Origin: Gammaproteobacteria bacterium
GTDB lineage: Bacteria; Pseudomonadota; Gammaproteobacteria; SZUA-229
Direction: 5' to 3'
Assembly: GCA_029287435.1 (NCBI GenBank)
Contig: JARFRD010000063.1
Location: 5,431 to 69,430, forward strand
DNA length: 64,000 bases
Shown: positions 20,843 to 31,782 of the stretch, one piece after another
Position numbering within the stretch: position 1 is the stretch's first letter
Layout: every line of letters starts with the position of its first letter
The notes under the pieces: generated by a model
What the model saw: only the letters and a program-made list of their open reading frames with translations
Databases searched by the model: none
What the model was told of the DNA's origin: nothing
Program-made: the position numbers and the translations under genes

Positions 20843-22270
20843 ATGTTTGTAAAGGCGAAAACCTCTATTGTCTTTCTGTTGCTGTTGACAATGGGCATTC
20901 TGCTGAACACGGTATCGGCCAATGATACCGGCAGACATGTCTTGCTATTAACCATTGAAGATGCTATCGGCCCGGCAACAGATGATTATATAGAGCGAGC
21001 TCTGCAAAAGGCCGAACAGAACAATGCCAGCCTGGTTGTTATTCGCATGGATACTCCGGGCGGACTGGATACCGCGATGCGCGGCATCATCAAGAACATA
21101 ACTAGCTCTCAAGTGCCAGTGGTCAGCTGGGTCGCTCCGACCGGTTCGCGCGCTGCCAGTGCAGGCACCTATATACTCTATGCCAGTCATATAGCGGCGA
21201 TGGCACCAGGCACCAACCTTGGTGCAGCGACACCGGTTGCAATCGGTGGTTTTCCATCAACAGATAAAGGCAAGTCTGACAAACCAGATAAGGCGGATAA
21301 GACGGCGGATAGTGCAGACGATGCCGGCCCGGTAGATAAGGCAGACGATATGGATGCATCAAAGCGCAAGTCCATCAATGATGCGGCCGCCTATATTCGT
21401 GGCCTGGCGGAACTACGTGGCCGAAACCAGGACTGGGCAGAGAAAGCCGTGCGTGAAGCCGCCAGTCTGCAGGCCAGCGAGGCGCTGAAACTGAATGTCA
21501 TCGATCTTATTGCGGCAAATATGGCGGAGCTGCTGCAGAAGATCAATGGCCGTGAAGTCAGTATTCTGGAAAAGACGATCATACTCGAAACTGAAGGCCT
21601 GCTGGTTCGTGAATTCAAGCCCGACTGGCGTAGCCGCCTGCTCAGTGTTATCACCAATCCCAACATCGCTTATATTCTGCTGCTGGTCGGTATCTATGGT
21701 TTGATCCTGGAATTTTCCAATCCCGGTGCTATCGTGCCAGGTACGATTGGGGCGATATCCTTGCTGCTGGCGCTTTATTCCCTGCAGTTGCTGCCGATCA
21801 ACTATGCTGGGGTTGCATTAATTCTGCTCGGGATAGCACTGATGATTGGCGAGGCCTACCAGCCCAGTTTTGGCATTCTGGGAATGGGTGGCGTTGTGGC
21901 ATTTGTCATCGGCTCGGTCATTATGATGGATACAGAGGCTCCCGGATTCGGTATTGATCTGTCTATCATACTAACTTTTGCCATTAGCAGTGCTGTAGTG
22001 TTTATTCTGCTCGTTGGTATGGCGATCAAGTCACGGCGTCGGCCGGTTGTCAGTGGCTCCGAGCAATTGCTTGGTGCTACGGGTATTGCCATGGATGACT
22101 TTGATAATACTGGCATGGTGTTCGTACACAGCGAATCCTGGCAGGCAAAAACGGCTTTGCCAGTACATAAGGATCAACATATTCGGGTAATTAGTCTGGA
22201 TGGACTGACGTTAAATGTCGAGCCGGTGCCTGATAATGAAGAGCTAAATACAACAGGAGATAAACCATGA
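20843..22270 (+). CDS. NfeD-family membrane-bound ClpP-class serine protease
   Basis: Signal peptide, [30 protein letters not shown] block, C-terminal OB-type domain (HSESWQA). Confidence 0.92.
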   Translation: MFVKAKTSIVFLLLLTMGILLNTVSANDTGRHVLLLTIEDAIGPATDDYIERALQKAEQNNASLVVIRMDTPGGLDTAMRGIIKNITSSQVPVVSWVAPTGSRAASAGTYILYASHIAAMAPGTNLGAATPVAIGGFPSTDKGKSDKPDKADKTADSADDAGPVDKADDMDASKRKSINDAAAYIRGLAELRGRNQDWAEKAVREAASLQASEALKLNVIDLIAANMAELLQKINGREVSILEKTIILETEGLLVREFKPDWRSRLLSVITNPNIAYILLLVGIYGLILEFSNPGAIVPGTIGAISLLLALYSLQLLPINYAGVALILLGIALMIGEAYQPSFGILGMGGVVAFVIGSVIMMDTEAPGFGIDLSIILTFAISSAVVFILLVGMAIKSRRRPVVSGSEQLLGATGIAMDDFDNTGMVFVHSESWQAKTALPVHKDQHIRVISLDGLTLNVEPVPDNEELNTTGDKP

Positions 22271-23013
22271 CATCATATACAACTCTGATCGTGGCGGTGC
22301 TGGTCATCGCCTTTCTCGCCAGTGCAATCCGGATACTGCGTGAATATGAGCGTGGTGTTGTCTTCATGCTTGGTCGATTCTGGAAGGTCAAGGGACCGGG
22401 TTTCATAATCATCATCCCGTTTATCCAGCAGATGGTGCGCGTAGACCTGCGAACTATTGTCATGGATGTTCCGACCCAGGATGTCATCTCGCGCGACAAC
22501 GTGTCGGTCAAGGTCAATGCTGTGGTTTATTTCCGCGTAGTAGATTCTGAAAAGGCCATCATCCAGGTAGAAAATTTCTACATGGCTACCAGCCAACTGG
22601 CGCAGACCACATTGCGCTCCGTACTTGGTCAGCATGAGCTCGATGAGATGCTGGCCGAACGCGAAAAGCTCAATGTTGATATCCAGAACATTCTCGACAA
22701 GCAGACCGATGCCTGGGGCATCAAGGTCAGCAATGTTGAGATCAAGCATGTCGATCTTGACGAGAGCATGATCCGAGCGATCGCTAAACAGGCTGAAGCC
22801 GAACGTACCCGGCGCGCCAAGGTGATCCATGCTGAAGGTGAGATGCAGGCCGCAGAGAAACTGCTCGAGGCAGCCAGAACGCTGTCACAGCAAAACGAGG
22901 CTTTGCAATTGCGCTATCTGCAGACATTAACCGAAATTGCTGGTGAACGATCCAACACGATCGTTTTCCCACTACCGATGGAGCTGCTTGAAAATTTGAT
23001 TAAGAAATCGTAA
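22267..23013 (+). CDS. stomatin/SPFH (slipin) family protein
   Basis: [58 protein letters not shown]; canonical partner of NfeD. Confidence 0.94.
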   Translation: MTSYTTLIVAVLVIAFLASAIRILREYERGVVFMLGRFWKVKGPGFIIIIPFIQQMVRVDLRTIVMDVPTQDVISRDNVSVKVNAVVYFRVVDSEKAIIQVENFYMATSQLAQTTLRSVLGQHELDEMLAEREKLNVDIQNILDKQTDAWGIKVSNVEIKHVDLDESMIRAIAKQAEAERTRRAKVIHAEGEMQAAEKLLEAARTLSQQNEALQLRYLQTLTEIAGERSNTIVFPLPMELLENLIKKS

Positions 23014-23054
23014 TGACAGGGTAAAAAGGCAAGAGAGGATATAGAAAACTATTT

Positions 23055-25037
23055 TTAAGCTTTCATTCTTACATTTTCCTGCTGGTCAATAACCTGCTCG
23101 AAAGGCATAGGTCGACCGATAGTGTAACCCTGGGCAAAGTGTACACCAATGGCTTTAACTTCATTCAGGATGTCTTGATTTTCGACAAACTCGGCCACCG
23201 TAATTTTACCCATCACCGAGCCTACCTCATGGATTGACTTCACCATCGCGCGGTCAATGGGATCAGTCACAATGTCCCGGACAAACATGCCGTCAATCTT
23301 CAGGTAGTCAATGGGTAGCATTTTAAGATATTCAAAGGAAGCAAGACCGCTGCCAAAGTCATCCAGTGAAAATCGTATACCCATTTCTCTTAGTTTCAAT
23401 ATACAGCGATCCGCCTGTATTAGATTGGTAATGGCTGCCGTTTCGGTTATTTCAAAACAAATTTTTTCTGACAGATGTTTATGCCTGTTGAATTGTTCTA
23501 TGATGAAATCCATGAATTTTTCATTTGTCAGGGACTGGCAGGACAGGTTGATCGAACAATAGTCGATGCTTTCCACAAATCGTGGAGAATAAGAAAGAAT
23601 AGAAAGGGCTTCTGTCACAACCCAGCTATCTATATCAATCATTTTATTGTACCGCTCAGCCGCTGGCAGGAAATTACCTGCCGGTATCAGTTCATCTTCC
23701 GCTGACTTCATTCTGATTAATAATTCATAATTGACATGTGAGTCGTTTTCATTGGTAGCCACGATTGGCTGTGCAAAGAGAACAAACCTGTTCTGCTCAA
23801 GGGCACTTTCAATATGGATAACCCAGTCCATTTCCGACTTTCTATGTATGAGTTCCTGATCACTTTCCGAATAAACATGAAAGCGGTTTCCGCCGCTATC
23901 TTTAGCGGCATAACATGCGGAGTCGATATTCTTGAGAATCTCTGCCAGGTCACGAGTGGTATCATCTACTTGCACCATGCCAATGCTTACGCCAATTCGA
24001 AAAGTGTTTTTTTCCCAGTAGAAACGGAATTCCCGCATCTTCTGAACAATGGATTCAGCTATGTTTCTGGCACAATCCAAATCGCAGTATTCAAGGATGA
24101 TGCCGAATTCATCACCACCAATACGCGCTAGAACATCCGATTTCCGGATACATGACCGCATTATAGTTGCTACCTGCTTGAGTAATTCATCACCGACATG
24201 ATGGCCCCCTGTATCATTGACGATTTTGAACTGATCAAGGTCAAGATAAAAAACAAAGTGTTTTTCATCGCTTTCGATGCGTTTAAGTAGCTTTGCAAGG
24301 GTGGATTCAAACTTCCATCGGTTGATTAAACCTGTCAAGGGGTCATGTGCAGCCTGGTATGACATCTTTTCGGCGGAACGAATTAACCTTGACTTTTCCT
24401 GTCGGGTGGCACGAATTGCAGCGAGAGCGATTAACGTTCCGATGATAAAAAGTGTTGCTGCCAGGCGTTGAAAATTGCTGCTGGCATTTTCATCACTCAG
24501 TTCTATATCGGCGATAACCTTTTTCGTGTTTCTTTTGTAAAAGGCGAGTATGTCATCGGTTTTATTCAACACCTGTTGCTGGCCGGGTATTGCTGTTTCA
24601 AACAGTAGTTTCTCAGCCTGCTCCTGGTTACCTACGATGAACATGTCTGCCGCCTGATCCTGCAGTGGGGCGTTGATTCTTACCAGGCTCATTTGCTCAT
24701 CGAGAATAGAGCGCTCCTCTGCACTGAGGTCCATTGCCATAAGCTGTTGTCGTGCATTGATGAAGCTCGATGCATGTTTACTGAGCTGCTGGTGTAGGTC
24801 ATCTAATTCAAACAGATCATCAGTAGCATGCATTGTTAACAGTATCAGTGAGCGCTCGCGCGCTGCTTTATACATTTCAGATACTAATTGATGCTTTTTC
24901 TGCTGTTGCTCGATGATCAATTTAGCCTGTGTGTGAGTATCCTTCACATTGTGGTAGCCGCTAAACAGAAGATACGCAAATACAGCGATGATGATGAGAA
25001 TGATAGCTGCTAGATTTTTATTTGATAATTTAATCAT
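23055..25037 (-). CDS. membrane GGDEF-EAL protein with helical periplasmic sensor
   Basis: Two TM segments, HDPLTGL, RKSD I-site plus GGDEF, YELLIRM, EITET, DDFGSG, YLKIDG, AEFVE, QGY. Confidence 0.92.
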   Translation of the reverse strand: MIKLSNKNLAAIILIIIAVFAYLLFSGYHNVKDTHTQAKLIIEQQQKKHQLVSEMYKAARERSLILLTMHATDDLFELDDLHQQLSKHASSFINARQQLMAMDLSAEERSILDEQMSLVRINAPLQDQAADMFIVGNQEQAEKLLFETAIPGQQQVLNKTDDILAFYKRNTKKVIADIELSDENASSNFQRLAATLFIIGTLIALAAIRATRQEKSRLIRSAEKMSYQAAHDPLTGLINRWKFESTLAKLLKRIESDEKHFVFYLDLDQFKIVNDTGGHHVGDELLKQVATIMRSCIRKSDVLARIGGDEFGIILEYCDLDCARNIAESIVQKMREFRFYWEKNTFRIGVSIGMVQVDDTTRDLAEILKNIDSACYAAKDSGGNRFHVYSESDQELIHRKSEMDWVIHIESALEQNRFVLFAQPIVATNENDSHVNYELLIRMKSAEDELIPAGNFLPAAERYNKMIDIDSWVVTEALSILSYSPRFVESIDYCSINLSCQSLTNEKFMDFIIEQFNRHKHLSEKICFEITETAAITNLIQADRCILKLREMGIRFSLDDFGSGLASFEYLKMLPIDYLKIDGMFVRDIVTDPIDRAMVKSIHEVGSVMGKITVAEFVENQDILNEVKAIGVHFAQGYTIGRPMPFEQVIDQQENVRMKA

Positions 25038-25218
25038 GTTCTAACGCCAAATCTCTCATTCCAGGTAAATATATATCTGGATCTTTTTCTCCATAGGACA
25101 TGTCAATTTATAGTTATTTGATTATTTTTATAAAACGTATAGCCAACCGGCCTTAATATAAGAATATACGATGATTAAGAATTTTCTAATATTTTTTATT
25201 TCTGCCTGCTGCTGACCA

Positions 25219-25641
25219 TCAATCATCGTAACTCACTTTCTTTCGCAGATCCTTAATCCGTCCACGTTTTGTTTTACTATTCATACGTTTTTGTTGCGAG
25301 GCTTTCGTTGGGCGGGTGGGCTTGCGCTTTTTTTTCACAACAGCGGCACTACGGATAAGTTCAGACAGGCGCTGCAGGGCTTCGTCACGATTTTTTTCCT
25401 GTGTGCGGTAGCGCTGTGCCTTAATAACAATGATGCCATCCTTATTAATACGCTGGTCACGCAGGCTTAACAGGCGCTGCTTGTAGGTCTGAGGCAGGGA
25501 AGAGGCATTGATATCGAATCGCAGGTGGATAGCCGATGAGACCTTGTTAACATTCTGACCACCCGCGCCCTGGGCACGAATAGCGCTGAGCTCGATCTCA
25601 TTTTCGGGAATGCTGATCTGGCTGGATATATGCAAGTCCAT
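25219..25641 (-). CDS. arfB: alternative ribosome rescue peptidyl-tRNA hydrolase
   Basis: RAQGAGGQNVNKVSSA, AQRYRTQEKNR, basic tail RKPTRPTKASQQKR; start set at ATG 25641. Confidence 0.93.
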   Translation of the reverse strand: MDLHISSQISIPENEIELSAIRAQGAGGQNVNKVSSAIHLRFDINASSLPQTYKQRLLSLRDQRINKDGIIVIKAQRYRTQEKNRDEALQRLSELIRSAAVVKKKRKPTRPTKASQQKRMNSKTKRGRIKDLRKKVSYDD

Positions 25642-25896
25642 GACGGTAATGATTATAGAATAAAGACGAAAGACATTTTCGTTCAATATTCAGTTAATGC
25701 CAGTGACAGCTCGCATACGCTAGCATGATGTCATAAAGCTAGCCTGGATGTTGAAGGCAGAGCAAAAGGCACACTCGTAGTATATGTGCAGGGCTGAATA
25801 GCTGATTGATTTGGAACATAGAAAAAGCCCCGCGAACCAGCACGGCATTCAGGCAGCAGGGAGTCAGATGAGGAAATGAAAACCTGTTAAAAATCT

Positions 25897-26367
25897 CTAC
25901 TCGGCATCACTGTCTGAAAGCATCATTTCTTTTAGTTCCTTGACTATGTTGCGGTAGTCAGTGGCCAGTTGTTTAGCAACATTCAACTGAAAGTGATGTG
26001 TGAGGCCGGTATTGTACTGATATAGCAGGTTAAATGCAGAGCTCGGTAAAAAGGCGGCTTTTACATTTCCCCTGGCCTGACAGGATACGATAGGTCGGTG
26101 GTGCTCGATCAAACTATGTAGACCTATTATGCCACCTGGACCCAATGTCGAAACACGCTGAAGTCCACGTTCTGTATCTTTTTCGTGTGTAATTTCAATT
26201 TCACCTTCAAGAATTACATATAAGGTATCTGAACTGTGGTCTTCTGATATAAAGACATGTTTATCAGGGTAATCCTTTACCACCATCGATTGAGATAAAG
26301 TTTTTAGCTCATCATTGGTCATTTCGCTAAATAAAGGAATCGATTGCATATATTCATACATACTCAT
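25897..26367 (-). CDS. stand-alone cyclic-nucleotide-binding domain protein
   Basis: IPLFSEM, YPDKHVFISE, LYVILEGEIEI, LGPGGIIG; no Crp HTH. Confidence 0.82.
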   Translation of the reverse strand: MSMYEYMQSIPLFSEMTNDELKTLSQSMVVKDYPDKHVFISEDHSSDTLYVILEGEIEITHEKDTERGLQRVSTLGPGGIIGLHSLIEHHRPIVSCQARGNVKAAFLPSSAFNLLYQYNTGLTHHFQLNVAKQLATDYRNIVKELKEMMLSDSDAE

Positions 26368-26942
26368 AGCTGTCTCTCTTTATGGCCATGAAGTTTTTGT
26401 AAAAGACCGCGTCCCCAGTCTACTAGTCCACGGTGTTTGCTTGAATCTTTATCATCAAGCTCTTCAATATAGGCATACTTGCTAAATAGTAATTTATCGG
26501 CAACTCGACAACGTTGTATCATGGTCGAGGATAGCATACGTAAAATATTGCCAGTCATTTGCGGATGTCGTTTGTCCAGTTCGCGGAAAGCATCATGGGT
26601 CAGGACAATGAGTGTACATTCATTCGTAGCGATTACAGAACTGGTAGAGGGCCCCGGGTCAAGAATATTCACTTCACCAAAGCAGCCACCTTTTACATGT
26701 GTCCCAAGACGAATGATTTCATTCTCACTGGTAATCTGGGAAATAAGCTTTCCGTCAACGACAAGAAAAAGTGAATCGCAATATTCACCGTCAGTTGTCA
26801 CCGTTTCACCGGCATGGATGCTTCGCATTTCCATCGCCGCCAGCAGATCCTCCAGCTCACCAGGTCCACAGTGCTCAGCAATCGCAGGGAAATGCTCTCT
26901 GAATGCTTCAGGTGTTATGTCCATATGATGTACCTCAATCAC
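26364..26942 (-). CDS. stand-alone cyclic-nucleotide-binding domain protein
   Basis: AGETVTTDGEYCDSLFLVVDG, GGCFGEVNILDPGPSTSSVIA; no Crp HTH; 4-nt overlap with next gene. Confidence 0.82.
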   Translation of the reverse strand: MIEVHHMDITPEAFREHFPAIAEHCGPGELEDLLAAMEMRSIHAGETVTTDGEYCDSLFLVVDGKLISQITSENEIIRLGTHVKGGCFGEVNILDPGPSTSSVIATNECTLIVLTHDAFRELDKRHPQMTGNILRMLSSTMIQRCRVADKLLFSKYAYIEELDDKDSSKHRGLVDWGRGLLQKLHGHKERQL

Positions 26943-27092
26943 TTAAAATAATGCTGTCTAGTGTTTTTAATCATTTTCCTTTTCATATTTATACTATACC
27001 TTGACATTTTATGCTCAGGTACCTCTACCATGCACACAGCCCGCAGGATGTAATTAGAAACTCCGTCAATTTTAACTAAATCTCTACATAGA

Positions 27093-29036
27093 TTACTTCT
27101 CTTTGCAGACAGCAACACCATGCCAGTCGGAAGATGGCGGGTTTTGTCGATACTTGATAATCCGTGCGAGGTAAAGTTGATAGATCTTTTTGTCACTATC
27201 ATCGACAAGCAACTGATTAAAGAGTCTTTCTGCTTCATCCCATTCACGGGAACGATAGTGCGCAATAGCCAGGTGGTACTGATGCAGTGCAGATTTGCTA
27301 CTAGCCGATGATGCCTCCGCTACTGATAGTGGTTCAAATATTGCGACGGAATCTGACTTCCCTTTGACCTGAACCCGATCAAGCTCACGAAAGAGCAGGT
27401 CCGGGCACAGGTCGCGGGTAGACTGGCTGACAATAATTTCCGTGCCGTATAGTTTGGTCAACCCTTCCAGGCGGGATGCCAGATTGACACCATCTCCGAT
27501 GACTGTGTAGTTAAGGCGATTTGACGAGCCCATATTACCGGCGACCACTTTGCTGGTATTGATACCTATACCGATGGTCAGTGGCTGCAGCCCGTCTTTC
27601 GCCAGTTCATGGTTTAACAGCCTTATTTCAGTCTGCATCTCCAATGCACAATCAACTGCATTTTGCGGACTGTCCTCTTTGAACACTGGTGCACCAAACA
27701 GGGCCATGATGGCATCTCCAATATATTTATCGACTATACCACCATGCTCTTCGATTGAATTACTCATGTGTGTTAGATAGCGATTCAGCAGATTTAGAAT
27801 TTCGTTAGGTTCATGAAGTTCACAGAGACTTGTGAAATCTCGTACATCTGAGAACAGTATCGTGACTTCACGTTCTTCACCGCCAAGCTCTATCCCCTTG
27901 CTGAGTAGTTCATCGGCGACTTCGCGCGAGACCACCTTGCCGAGCAAACTTTGCACCCTGTCCCGTTCAGCAAGCCCTTCCACCATACTATTAAACGAAG
28001 TCGCCAGCGTTCCAATTTCATCCTGCCGCTGGATTGTCACACCTTCGCTGTAATCACCGTTCTCAATGCGCTTTGCAGTCTTAACCAGCTGTTCAATCGG
28101 GTGACTGAGCCCGCGTGCGATCATTATTGCGCCGACGATTGACATTGCCAGACCACTGCTGAAAAGCATAAACATCAGGGTTCTTAATCTTAGATAAGGC
28201 GCCAGTGCGTCATCCAGTGATCGCTGCAGCACAGCAATGCTTTCTCCTGTTGCGCCTTTTTGCACCTTAAGTATGAGAGATAGATACTCCTCACCCTGCA
28301 GTAAAAGATCGAATACACGGCTGGTCGATACTATATTGCTGGCGATGGCCTCCGTTAACTGTGATTTTGCTTCGTCCTGCAGTGTGGAACTGACAATCTG
28401 CCAGGGCCTGTCTTTATAATGGTACAGCAGACTGACTTCAGAGCGTGTGAACTCCCCCTGTTCGAGGCTGAAACTATCATCGACCACAAATCCAATAAGA
28501 ATCCAGGCACTTGGCTCAGGTGTAAACAGAGGTACGATGACCATCTGGTAAGCGATATTATCAATGATCTGAATCGCCGATGCTTCGCCATGGCTACTGC
28601 TCATCGCCGCTGTAAGCAAATCATCCAGTGCTGGCGAACTGTCACCTCTGCCACTATCTGTGGTGTTAGCAATCGTTTCACCTTCCAGTGAAAGCAGCAA
28701 CATGATGTTTGCACCAACACGTTGCTGGTGATTTTTCAGCACCGAGCGAATAGTTTCAGTATCACGTGTTGCAAAAGCTGACTTGAATGCAAAATCACTG
28801 GACAGCAGCCTGACCTTTTCAGTCAAAATCTTTTCACGGCCCCTGAGTGATCTGGCGAAGGAGTTTGCAGTTAACTGCAGCGCATCTTCCAGGTGCAACC
28901 GGGCGTTAGATATATTCGCCTGGTTTACTGAAAAGAACACCGCACCCAGTACCGTGCCCAGCAACGAGATCAGAAATATTAGCAGGCGGGTCCTGAAGTT
29001 TTTGAACTGGAAAATACTAGTAGCTGCTCGCTGCAC
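27093..29036 (-). CDS. membrane class III adenylate cyclase (TM, Cache-like sensor, TM, HAMP, cyclase, TPR-like tail)
   Basis: HAMP (RQDEIGTLATSFNSMV), VTILFSDVRDFT, DKYIGDAIMALFGAP, YTVIGDGVNLASRLE, VKGK; Lys/Thr specificity residues of ATP-using enzymes; exact start uncertain. Confidence 0.9.
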   Translation of the reverse strand: MQRAATSIFQFKNFRTRLLIFLISLLGTVLGAVFFSVNQANISNARLHLEDALQLTANSFARSLRGREKILTEKVRLLSSDFAFKSAFATRDTETIRSVLKNHQQRVGANIMLLLSLEGETIANTTDSGRGDSSPALDDLLTAAMSSSHGEASAIQIIDNIAYQMVIVPLFTPEPSAWILIGFVVDDSFSLEQGEFTRSEVSLLYHYKDRPWQIVSSTLQDEAKSQLTEAIASNIVSTSRVFDLLLQGEEYLSLILKVQKGATGESIAVLQRSLDDALAPYLRLRTLMFMLFSSGLAMSIVGAIMIARGLSHPIEQLVKTAKRIENGDYSEGVTIQRQDEIGTLATSFNSMVEGLAERDRVQSLLGKVVSREVADELLSKGIELGGEEREVTILFSDVRDFTSLCELHEPNEILNLLNRYLTHMSNSIEEHGGIVDKYIGDAIMALFGAPVFKEDSPQNAVDCALEMQTEIRLLNHELAKDGLQPLTIGIGINTSKVVAGNMGSSNRLNYTVIGDGVNLASRLEGLTKLYGTEIIVSQSTRDLCPDLLFRELDRVQVKGKSDSVAIFEPLSVAEASSASSKSALHQYHLAIAHYRSREWDEAERLFNQLLVDDSDKKIYQLYLARIIKYRQNPPSSDWHGVAVCKEK

Positions 29037-29682
29037 TGGTTGGTGCCCTGAAGGGAACCCATTGTTTCTTCTTTTCTACCGTAAAACTCACCGCATGCGA
29101 CTCAGCATCTTTCAGGACTACCTGTTGAGCGGTACTATTGGTGTCTGCAGTCTGCTGCGGGTGCCATACATAAATCTTGTAGCTGCCTGCAGGTAAATCC
29201 CTTAGCACAACATTACCACTAGCATCAGAAATACCGAAATAAGGAGTATCTGTTATGAAAACATTGGCAGCCATCCAGTCGTGGATGTTGCAGCCAAGTT
29301 TAACAACACCGGGCTGCTCGAATTTTATCGGTGAAGCGGGTGTCCCCTTGTACAGCGGTATCTCAAAAGATTTGGCTGGCGAGAAAGAATAGACGTGATG
29401 GCGAATTTTGTCATGGTTGGGAAAGTCGACGCTGGTCCCGGTCTGGATAGCTGAGACATGTGGAACAAACTCCTTGTCGATTTGATCAATGATCTGTTTA
29501 CCACCGTTTTTTTCAGATTCCGTAAGCCCGGCGACTGGAAAAGCATAGACAACAGCATTACCTAACTGTGCCTTACCTTTTTCACTAACAGAGGCGATTA
29601 CAGTGGCTGCGTGCGCCGTAGATAATGCGCAGGACAACAACACACCAGTTGCCAGTGAGAGAGTTGTTTTATTCAGTATCAT
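29017..29682 (-). CDS. exported cupredoxin-like protein (MauL/'methylamine utilization protein' family) with C-terminal beta-sandwich
   Basis: Signal peptide; DQIDKEFVPHV, FPNHDKIRHHVYSFS, GCNIHDWM (His...Cys-x2-His-x2-Met); LPAGSYKIYVWHP. Confidence 0.8.
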   Translation of the reverse strand: MILNKTTLSLATGVLLSCALSTAHAATVIASVSEKGKAQLGNAVVYAFPVAGLTESEKNGGKQIIDQIDKEFVPHVSAIQTGTSVDFPNHDKIRHHVYSFSPAKSFEIPLYKGTPASPIKFEQPGVVKLGCNIHDWMAANVFITDTPYFGISDASGNVVLRDLPAGSYKIYVWHPQQTADTNSTAQQVVLKDAESHAVSFTVEKKKQWVPFRAPTSAASSY

Positions 29683-29693
29683 GGCATCAATCC

Positions 29694-30593
29694 TCAGTAA
29701 CTGTACATGAAGCTGGCGCGGAATATAGTGTTATGGTATTCGAGCACATCGGCCTTTCCGGCCAGGTATTCTGCGCCAATATTAAGCGAAGAATGGCGGC
29801 CTGTAGCATAGCCCAGGTCCAGCGAGGCACTGTTGCCATCGCCATCGAGACGATAAACACAGCCGCCGAAAACGGCATCAGCAGTGATGGCCTGGACATC
29901 TTCCAGTTCCAGCACAGTGCCTACATTACCCGTAGTGCAGGCGGAAATAAAATCACCATCGTAATGTTTTACAGCGCCCAGCAGAATAAGTCTATTAGTC
30001 AGTAGAAAATTACCCTCTATGGCGGCTGTCCAGCGATTTTGATCGAACACATCTGAGCTGATAGGGGGGACAATCTGAATACCTCGTTTACCATTTGACT
30101 TGCTGTATTCCAGACTGCCAGACATATCAAAGCGGTCGGTCAGACGTTTGCCTGCAGCGATTCCTATATCACCGAAGTTGCCGCTACGGATATCATCTTT
30201 GACATCCATATAGCCATATGTCAGGTAGGGGCTGATCCAGGGCACTTTTGGCCCCAAACCGAATTTATGTATTACAGCAAGCTTGCCACTGATAGCGACA
30301 CTGTTAAGCAAATCAAATTCATTATAGGTCTCAGCCTCGAATTCAGCGCTTAGCCGTAATCGCGATGAATCGCTCATTTGAAAGTAGCGACCACCATCCA
30401 GCACAAGGCGCAGGGCCTCATCACTTTCTTCATCCGCACTGAAGGAAGAGAGATTAAGATTACTCTCTCCACGTAATTCAATGGTCGGGTCGAGTATCCA
30501 TTCGACCCATTCAGCCTGGCTCTGCATACTTATGCAGATTAACTGGCAGCCAAGCAGCACCATCAAGGATGCTTTTAGTTTGTTATACATCAT
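29694..30593 (-). CDS. putative outer-membrane beta-barrel protein of unknown function
   Basis: Signal peptide (..QSQA), alternating amphipathic strands, C-terminal FRASFMYSY beta-signal; RBS GGAG. Confidence 0.65.
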   Translation of the reverse strand: MMYNKLKASLMVLLGCQLICISMQSQAEWVEWILDPTIELRGESNLNLSSFSADEESDEALRLVLDGGRYFQMSDSSRLRLSAEFEAETYNEFDLLNSVAISGKLAVIHKFGLGPKVPWISPYLTYGYMDVKDDIRSGNFGDIGIAAGKRLTDRFDMSGSLEYSKSNGKRGIQIVPPISSDVFDQNRWTAAIEGNFLLTNRLILLGAVKHYDGDFISACTTGNVGTVLELEDVQAITADAVFGGCVYRLDGDGNSASLDLGYATGRHSSLNIGAEYLAGKADVLEYHNTIFRASFMYSY

Positions 30594-30795
30594 TCTCCTC
30601 CTGGAAATGCTGATAACCTTATAAAAACGGCCTTTCTGATTTCTTTTTTCTTGTTTCTTTTTTTTCGAGTATAACCTGATATGAAACTTTATTGGAAGTA
30701 CATAGCAACATGGACAGGTCTTTGTAAGACCTTAGTATTCTGTAAAAAGTTGACAATAGTATAGGTTCTACACGATATCTGCATTCATCTTGCTT

Positions 30796-31782
30796 TCACT
30801 CTTTGCCCTTTTTCCAGTTTGCGCGCAGGTCTTTTTCAATCGACAGACGATAAAACCTCACCGCATTCCCCAGTGCCAGTTTCTGTCTTACGTCGACAGG
30901 TAATTGGCTCAGCCAGCGACGATGAAAAGCGAGCACCTCAGTAACGTGGTTCCAGCCCGTGTTGGCTCCTTCCCATGTGGCAGTACCCTCGTAGTAGTAG
31001 GGATCGGAACCGAGCATGATGCGGTCCTGGAATTCCATAACCAGGTCATGCCATTCAGGCAGCAGCTTGCCATCATCATCAACTATCGGATTGGTCTTTC
31101 CATAGCGCATATGATCCCTTGCTGACAGGTCGGCCCAGACATTTGGACAGGCGCGCATTAGTTTGCCTACGCGAGATGGGCGAAGTCTGCTACCGGCATG
31201 AACCCAGACAATCCTGGCCCTTGGGTGACGCTGGCACAACGGGAGAAAATACAGGTGGCTTGATGCCTCGGCATGAATCAGGGCCGGGACATCGAACTCC
31301 TCGGCCAGATCGAGGATGCCATCGATGATCTCGTTGCGATGCTTAAGCGAGGGCGTAAAACCGGATATTAGATGCATCTCGCCCAGTCCCTTGTAACGCC
31401 CTGATGCCAGTGCGTCTCTCGCTGCTGGCAGGACACGTTCATCGAAGAACCAGTCGGCCTTTCGCTCCGCTTCCAGGTAAGGCATGAAAAACGGTATGAT
31501 CCAGCCACCAGATGCCTCTGCCAGCTCTAGTGCCAGTGCCGGTGGTCTACTCGACACGATGCCAAAGACCACATTGTTCTCTATTAACACCCGCAGAGCA
31601 TCGCCGGTTTCGGTTATCTCTGCCTGGTCTGCGTTGTAGTGCAGGTGAGTGTCTGCGAATGGTTGCATTTCCGCAGCCATCATCTGGTTACTGGATGCTG
31701 CATAGAGTAGTATTATGGCAGCAGCCATGTAGATGAGGTTGTTTAATTTCAGGGATATTTTTTTTACTGAGAATATGTTCAT
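30796..31782 (-). CDS. exported metal-dependent amidohydrolase (TIM barrel)
   Basis: Hydrophobic N-terminus; DTHLHY, GLGEMH, IHAE, WVHAG, DLSAR, MLGSD metal-ligand pattern. Confidence 0.8.
   Translation of the reverse strand: MNIFSVKKISLKLNNLIYMAAAIILLYAASSNQMMAAEMQPFADTHLHYNADQAEITETGDALRVLIENNVVFGIVSSRPPALALELAEASGGWIIPFFMPYLEAERKADWFFDERVLPAARDALASGRYKGLGEMHLISGFTPSLKHRNEIIDGILDLAEEFDVPALIHAEASSHLYFLPLCQRHPRARIVWVHAGSRLRPSRVGKLMRACPNVWADLSARDHMRYGKTNPIVDDDGKLLPEWHDLVMEFQDRIMLGSDPYYYEGTATWEGANTGWNHVTEVLAFHRRWLSQLPVDVRQKLALGNAVRFYRLSIEKDLRANWKKGKE

Noticed and set aside
25897..29036. Pycsar/CBASS-like antiphage system (cyclase plus cNMP-binding proteins)
   Set aside because: The cyclase is a membrane receptor type with adenine-specifying residues, and the cNMP proteins lack TM or TIR effector domains; there is no defence-island context
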